From Elusimicrobiota bacterium (GTDB lineage: Bacteria; Elusimicrobiota; Elusimicrobia; UBA1565): a stretch of 64,000 nt of DNA. The DNA lies in assembly GCA_043827405.1 (NCBI GenBank), contig JBDRPD010000087.1, positions 32,001-96,000 on the forward strand, read 5' to 3'. Made by a program: the position numbers and the translations under genes. Shown here piece by piece: positions 59,294 through 64,000 of this stretch. Numbering within the stretch: the stretch's first letter is position 1; every line of letters starts with the position of its first letter. The notes under the pieces are model-generated. The model was not told the DNA's origin, did not search any database, and was given only the letters and a program-made list of their open reading frames with translations.

Positions 59294-59408
59294 ATACCTA
59301 ATAGTGCACGGAAAACGCTGCTATTACAATGGTCATGGGGGTACGGGCGGGGCGGGTCGATGGGCCCAATTGCCATTTTCGACCTGGGCGTTAGGCGCGA
59401 ATTAGCCC

Positions 59409-59439
59409 TTGCGAAAGTATACCCTACAGTGTATACTTT
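59409..59439 (+). promoter_or_regulatory. Toxin-antitoxin promoter with overlapping palindromic operator
   Basis: TTGCGA-N17-TATACT; inverted repeat AAAGTATAC (59414-59422) / GTATACTTT (59431-59439). Confidence 0.8.
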
Positions 59440-59454
59440 GATTAGGAGGCGACG

Positions 59455-59727
59455 ATGACCAAAACCATCACACTAAAGGCCCTCCGCCCCGGGCTGCCTA
59501 AAGTAGCAGACGCCATCGAATCCAAGCTGGATCGGTATATCGTTACACGGCGAGGCGAGCCGGTAATGATGCTCATTAGCCCGGAGGATTACGAAGGCCT
59601 TCTCGAGACCATTGAGATACTTTCCGACAAAGCCTCAGTTAAGCGTATTCGAAAATCTCAGAAAGAGGCTCGCACGGGCAAGACGATATCTCTCGAAGCG
59701 CTTCGGCGAAAACTAGAGGGTGTATAG
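59455..59727 (+). CDS. Phd/YefM-family antitoxin
   Basis: IVTRRGEPVMMLISPEDYEGLLETIEIL; AGGAGG RBS. Confidence 0.93.
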   Translation: MTKTITLKALRPGLPKVADAIESKLDRYIVTRRGEPVMMLISPEDYEGLLETIEILSDKASVKRIRKSQKEARTGKTISLEALRRKLEGV

Positions 59728-59980
59728 CCTTAGTCTGAGCCGTCAGGCTGGGAAGGACCTGGAGCGGGTATATCGGGCGGATCGAAAACTATATCAGCGC
59801 TTTCTAAATGCCTTCGAAGCTATTGCCGCGGACCCCGACCAGGGCAAACCGCTTCATGGCGAACTCCGGGGCATGTTGTCGTATCGCCTAGGGAGCTATC
59901 GAATTCTTTATGAGATTCATCGGGGGAAGCTCCTGGTTATTGTTATTGACCTAGGCCATCGAGGAGAAATTTACAGATAA
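59720..59980 (+). CDS. RelE/ParE-family toxin
   Basis: A.KDL, GKPLHGEL, YRLGSYRILY and GHRGEIY motifs; overlaps the antitoxin. Confidence 0.93.
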   Translation: MYSLSLSRQAGKDLERVYRADRKLYQRFLNAFEAIAADPDQGKPLHGELRGMLSYRLGSYRILYEIHRGKLLVIVIDLGHRGEIYR

Positions 59981-60059
59981 AAACAACTGCCGCCGACCGC
60001 GCTTCTAAGGCAGGCTGCGGGGCGGCGGCGGCAGAGCGTAAGAAAACCGACTTTAGGAA

Positions 60060-60884
60060 ATGAAAAACTACCCACGGACGCTTGTCTGTGTCGGCATCGG
60101 GATTCAGGTCTTCTGCAATACCTTTGAAGCGGCCGGAGGATGGCTTCAATTCCTCACGCCGCTAGGGATGGCTGTTTCTGGCGTCGGGCTCTATGCCTTT
60201 CATAAGTCGAAAAGCCACTCCAACCGCTATGTGATTTTTGGAACAACCTCAGCGGTAGTCCCCTTCGTCGGTCCGGTTATAGGCCTAATTCTTAAGCCAC
60301 CGAAGCCGACCCAGGATTCTCGCCCAACGTCTTACGCGAGCTGGGGCTTCTTCATGGTCGGCTGCGCGTTGCTTTGGGCGATATGCCCTGCTTACGAGGC
60401 GCAGGCGTTTGCTCTGGGCAGTCTCTTTGCGGCTGGTTTTTCCTTCGCAGCCTGGGGCGCCGATCACTTCAATCGGCCCCGGATGGCGCTCCTCCTCTTT
60501 ATCTCAAGCTTCGGGGGCTGTGTTGTCGGTGCCGGGCTGGGCGCCGTGATCAATCCATCACTGATTCGAAAATCTAATGCGGGCGCGACTAAGGATAATC
60601 TTGGCGCCATTCGCACAGCGCTGAGCATCTACTATGAGGATTCACAGGGGATGTACCCTGCCGGGCTCGAATCGCTCACCATATCGGGGGAGTCCATGCG
60701 CCAGATGCCACCGGCGCGGGTCTACCCCCACCACTCGGACAGTTCTGCTGTTATTATTGGGAAGACGTCTACCGATATGGGAGGGTGGCTCTACAATAAT
60801 GACACCACGGACGACGGATTCGGTTCCTTGCAGGTGAACTGCACACACACGGATACCCGGAGTATCGTCTGGAGCTCATATTGA
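60060..60884 (+). CDS. Membrane protein with a C-terminal pilin/GspG-like domain
   Basis: Several TM segments, then ATKDNLGAIRTALSIYYEDSQGMYP...GGWLY...NCTHTD. Confidence 0.65.
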   Translation: MKNYPRTLVCVGIGIQVFCNTFEAAGGWLQFLTPLGMAVSGVGLYAFHKSKSHSNRYVIFGTTSAVVPFVGPVIGLILKPPKPTQDSRPTSYASWGFFMVGCALLWAICPAYEAQAFALGSLFAAGFSFAAWGADHFNRPRMALLLFISSFGGCVVGAGLGAVINPSLIRKSNAGATKDNLGAIRTALSIYYEDSQGMYPAGLESLTISGESMRQMPPARVYPHHSDSSAVIIGKTSTDMGGWLYNNDTTDDGFGSLQVNCTHTDTRSIVWSSY

Positions 60885-60897
60885 TGACCCAATCGCG

Positions 60898-60974
60898 TCC
60901 CGACAAGCGCTTCTGCCGGCCGCACTTCATGGGCTCGGCTTCGACCCAGCGGCAGTTGCGCCCCAGCGTTAGAG
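60898..60974 (+). mobile_element. Degenerate attC-like recombination site
   Basis: TCCCGAC-AAGCG-CTTCTGCCGGC...GCGGCAGTTGCGC..AGC-GTTAGAG imperfect palindrome between two co-oriented genes. Confidence 0.5.
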
Positions 60975-60981
60975 TTCGATA

Positions 60982-61782
60982 ATGGGACAGCACAAAACAG
61001 GACAGGGGATGCCACAAGAGTCCGAAGACCAATCCAGCAACAAGACCCATTGGCGGCGCACTCTTCTCAAGCGACTGGCGATACTGGCTCTCTGCGTCTT
61101 CGGGGTTGTGGCCGCAATGTTTGGACCGAGAGCGCTCCGCTTGTACAAGCACATGAAGAGCTATGGCGAAGAAGTATCGACTCAGATGGAGCTTAAATTG
61201 ATGAACAGCAGGATCGCGCTGTTTCGCTTTCTCCATAATGGGAAATCACCGCCGGCACTCGACCACCCCGAATTCTTGGCTCTCATGAGAACCTATCCCA
61301 TGGCACAGAAAGCACTCGGGAGAAGTGACTACAACTGGTACTACAATCCAGAAGACTCCGACCCCTATTTTTATCCAGATGACTCAGACCCAACGTTTCT
61401 CGCGACCCTAAAACCCATGCTTGCCCAAGATATGGGGCGAAACAAGGCCGGGCTTCCATCGGTTAGGTTAAAGCATCTAGGACACCCATCATCGTCAATA
61501 GCCGAGACGCACTCCTTTGTGGGCGCGTCGGGGAAGATCGACCCGGCGCTGCTTAATGATTCAGGACACTGGATATATGATTCCAAGGAAGGCGTAGCAA
61601 TAATCGACTGCACCCATATTCGCTACAGTGAGACCAATACCCCGCCGATATCGAAGACGATGTGCTTCACGGGGAAGTCTAGTTTAGGCCCGGCGTACAC
61701 ATTAAGGGCCCAGCCGAACAGCACGCCAAAACATAGCGCCGAAATCATTCCCATCCGCCGTGTATTCATACCGCCCCCATGA
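60982..61782 (+). CDS. Pilin/GspG-like protein, paralogous domain, probably 3'-disrupted
   Basis: One TM, then ELKLMNSRIALF..P, H.SS, DSGHWIYD and IDCTH shared with the upstream gene; tail is antisense to another gene fragment. Confidence 0.55.
   Translation: MGQHKTGQGMPQESEDQSSNKTHWRRTLLKRLAILALCVFGVVAAMFGPRALRLYKHMKSYGEEVSTQMELKLMNSRIALFRFLHNGKSPPALDHPEFLALMRTYPMAQKALGRSDYNWYYNPEDSDPYFYPDDSDPTFLATLKPMLAQDMGRNKAGLPSVRLKHLGHPSSSIAETHSFVGASGKIDPALLNDSGHWIYDSKEGVAIIDCTHIRYSETNTPPISKTMCFTGKSSLGPAYTLRAQPNSTPKHSAEIIPIRRVFIPPP
61623..61769 (-). pseudogene. Truncated HAD-family hydrolase (signal peptide + motif I only)
   Basis: MNTRRMGMISALCFGVLFGWALNVYAGPKLDFPVKHIVFDIGGVLVSL then stop. Confidence 0.5.
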
Positions 61783-62001
61783 TCGGGAATTTGCCCACTA
61801 TACAGAAATAACTGCCCGTCGCCCAAACCAACGGCGCCTTAAAGATCACAGTTCCCCGGCTAAAAAGAGTGCTGTCCGAACTTTCCAGCTGTCACCAAAA
61901 GGCGAGCGGTCCCGGCAGCCGGAAGTTTTGGGAGAAGATCGATGGAAGCTGCGGATGAGTTTTACGCTTCGCGGGCGGCTGAGCCCTCGCGCTGACGCTC
62001 C

Positions 62002-62892
62002 CTATCTCCCGGTAAAGAAATCCTCTGCGGCCGAGACCGGCGGGGTATAGGCCGCCGAGGAGCGTACGACGACGGGAGAAGACGGGACAGCGGGGGGCGG
62101 CGCGCCGATCTTCCCGCGCAGACGCTCGACGCGCTCGCGCTCGCCGGGGTGGGTGCGGAAATAGTCGACGAGCGCCTCGGCCAGGAACTCGTCCGGCCGC
62201 CGGTGCGTGCCCGCTTCCTCGCTGCTGCCGCGCGCCAAGCGCGCGAAAAACTCGACCGAAGCCTCCAGCCGGTAGTCGCAGCGCCGCATCATCTCAAAAG
62301 CGAAGGCGTCGGCCTCAAGCTCCTGGCCCGGCGCGAAGGAAAGCGCCGCCAGCTCGCGCAGGGCTTGACCGATATTCGCGCCGGGCAGACGCCATTTTGT
62401 CAGCCACGCCTTATAGCGGACGCGGTCCGCGGTGTGGCCGAGCTCGGCATGGGCGATCTCATGGCCGAGCACGAAGGCGATCCGGTCCGGATCATGCTCC
62501 ATGGCGTCAAGCAGGCCTTGCGAGACGTAGACGAAGCCGCCGGGAGCGGCGAAGGCGTAGACGCCGCGGCCCGGAATCACCCGGTACTCGTAGCGCCCGG
62601 CGAAACGCTTGACCATGCCGCTGCGCTCGAGACGGGCCGCGATCTCCTCGAGGCGGGCGTCGCGGACGGCGCCGTGCGCGCAGATGCGTCCGATCTCGCG
62701 GCCGAGCTCCCGCTCGGCCGCCGCGTCGACCGGCATTCCCAGCGCCGCCGCCCGCTCGACCTGCTTTACATGATCCTGCCCGGTGCGCATCAGCGGCAGC
62801 AGGCTCTCACGGGTCCTCCCGGCCCGGGCCGCCAGCAGCCCGGTCGAGGCGAATAGAAACGCTATCAGGATCATCGCGGCTTTACGAGGCAT
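62002..62892 (-). CDS. M48-family Zn metallopeptidase
   Basis: AFAAPGG, VLGHEIAH (HExxH), ELEAD and THP motifs. Confidence 0.9.
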   Translation of the reverse strand: MPRKAAMILIAFLFASTGLLAARAGRTRESLLPLMRTGQDHVKQVERAAALGMPVDAAAERELGREIGRICAHGAVRDARLEEIAARLERSGMVKRFAGRYEYRVIPGRGVYAFAAPGGFVYVSQGLLDAMEHDPDRIAFVLGHEIAHAELGHTADRVRYKAWLTKWRLPGANIGQALRELAALSFAPGQELEADAFAFEMMRRCDYRLEASVEFFARLARGSSEEAGTHRRPDEFLAEALVDYFRTHPGERERVERLRGKIGAPPPAVPSSPVVVRSSAAYTPPVSAAEDFFTGR

Positions 62893-64000
62893 AGGATTTC
62901 TCCTCCTCACGCTTCACGCGGACGTAGATATAAGACGAAAGGACGAGTAGGGCGCCCAATACAATGTAGCTCAGCACGCGGTAGGGCAGTTCGAGCCCCG
63001 TCAGATCCATAAACAGCGCCTTCAGCACGCAGATGCCGAGAAGTCCAAGTCCGGGCAGTCTCATACAATGCTTATCGCTGCAGAGTCCGGCGATCAGATA
63101 GACGGCTCCCGCGAGTGAGCAGCCGAGCGTCACGTAAAAGTCATGCGCTTCCTTGGCGATAAAGAGCGCGACGAGCGCGAGGCTCAGGATGGCGAAGAGA
63201 TGCTCGGCGGCCGTCTCCTCGATCTCCTCGGCGCGATCTTGCGCCCACTTCGGCCAGGCGACCGGCAAGAGCAGCAGCGCGGCCGAACCGCAGTAGATCA
63301 CGCCCTTGAGCCAGCCGAGCTCGCCGATCAAGGCGCCCGGATAGAGCAGGTAGGAAAGAACGCCTTCCGCCGCGGTTGCGGCCGTCACCAGGTAGGCCAT
63401 GGCCCGCAGATCGGCGCCGAACTCCCCCCGCCTGCGCCCCAGATAGAGCAGCGCGAGCGCGGCGAGCCCCCAGACCGGCAGACGCATGCGCGGATCGAAC
63501 TCGTGATAGACGCCGAAAGCCGCGACGGACGTCATCAGCCACGGCAGGATGCGCCGCAGCTTCGCGTGCGGAGCATCCAGCAGGTTTCCTTCCGGCGTCC
63601 TCTCGCGCAGGAAAGCAAGCGCGGCGAAAGCCGCCGTCAACGATACCGTAACGATTATGCGCGGAGTGAACTCCCACCATACGGGGAGGTTCGAACCATA
63701 GTCGATGACGAAGCTATAAGTACCGATGAAAACCGCGACCATAAACCCCTGCTGAAACAGCGGCACCGCCGCGAACTCTTCGGACGCCCAGTCGAGCATG
63801 ATCGCGAAAGAAATCGCCGCGACGGCGAACGGCGCCGGCTCGAACCAGGTGGCCAAAGCGAGCAGGATATAGGCCATGCCGCCGTAGAGCCACGCCCCGC
63901 GAAGCCAGCGCTCGCCCCGGCCGGACCGCTGGGACAAGGCGGCCAAGACGTAGCCCGCGGCGCCGAGGAAAAAGAGGCTCGCGCCGATGACGGTCTTGAG
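62882..64000 (-). CDS. Polytopic membrane protein, DUF2339-like, 5'-partial
   Basis: Many TM segments; C-terminal KALFMDLTGLELPYRVLSYIVLG; frame stays open to the window end. Confidence 0.7.
   Translation of the reverse strand, partial: LKTVIGASLFFLGAAGYVLAALSQRSGRGERWLRGAWLYGGMAYILLALATWFEPAPFAVAAISFAIMLDWASEEFAAVPLFQQGFMVAVFIGTYSFVIDYGSNLPVWWEFTPRIIVTVSLTAAFAALAFLRERTPEGNLLDAPHAKLRRILPWLMTSVAAFGVYHEFDPRMRLPVWGLAALALLYLGRRRGEFGADLRAMAYLVTAATAAEGVLSYLLYPGALIGELGWLKGVIYCGSAALLLLPVAWPKWAQDRAEEIEETAAEHLFAILSLALVALFIAKEAHDFYVTLGCSLAGAVYLIAGLCSDKHCMRLPGLGLLGICVLKALFMDLTGLELPYRVLSYIVLGALLVLSSYIYVRVKREEEKSYAS

Noticed and set aside
61783..62001. Short ORFs between the HAD fragment and the M48 peptidase
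   Set aside because: No recognisable motif or start signal; probably decayed sequence
1..64000. CRISPR array, rRNA, transposase, prophage or selenocysteine/recoding signals
   Set aside because: None seen by eye; all major genes have intact frames

Overview
GC-rich, gene-dense bacterial chromosome segment. The lineage may be Elusimicrobiota-like, which is an inference from gene style and the pilin-like family and is not demonstrated. In order the window holds: tatC-mogA, an M23 peptidase, three minor type IV pilins and tRNA-Cys; an ~18 kb purine plus pyrimidine biosynthesis super-operon (guaB guaA purC purS purL purQ purF purD purE pyrC lipoprotein pyrD pyrF pyrE purM purN-purH) behind a structured leader with a terminator; a pentose-phosphate operon; ptrB; a polyphosphate island (CYTH, metallophosphoesterase, ppk1, sixA, CHAD, pap); a 14 kb operon interleaving a complete Rnf complex with an intact 2-oxoacid:ferredoxin oxidoreductase and two apparently catalytically dead PFOR-derived Fe-S proteins; hemerythrin; a secreted DUF3626-like protein; and a compositionally distinct stretch with a toxin-antitoxin pair and pilin-like genes separated by attC-like hairpins. 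The most notable candidates are the Rnf/OFOR/pseudo-PFOR locus, the switch-like guaB leader RNA and the decayed integron-like cassette array. No CRISPR array, rRNA, transposase or integrase was seen. All calls come from motif recognition by eye, without database searches.
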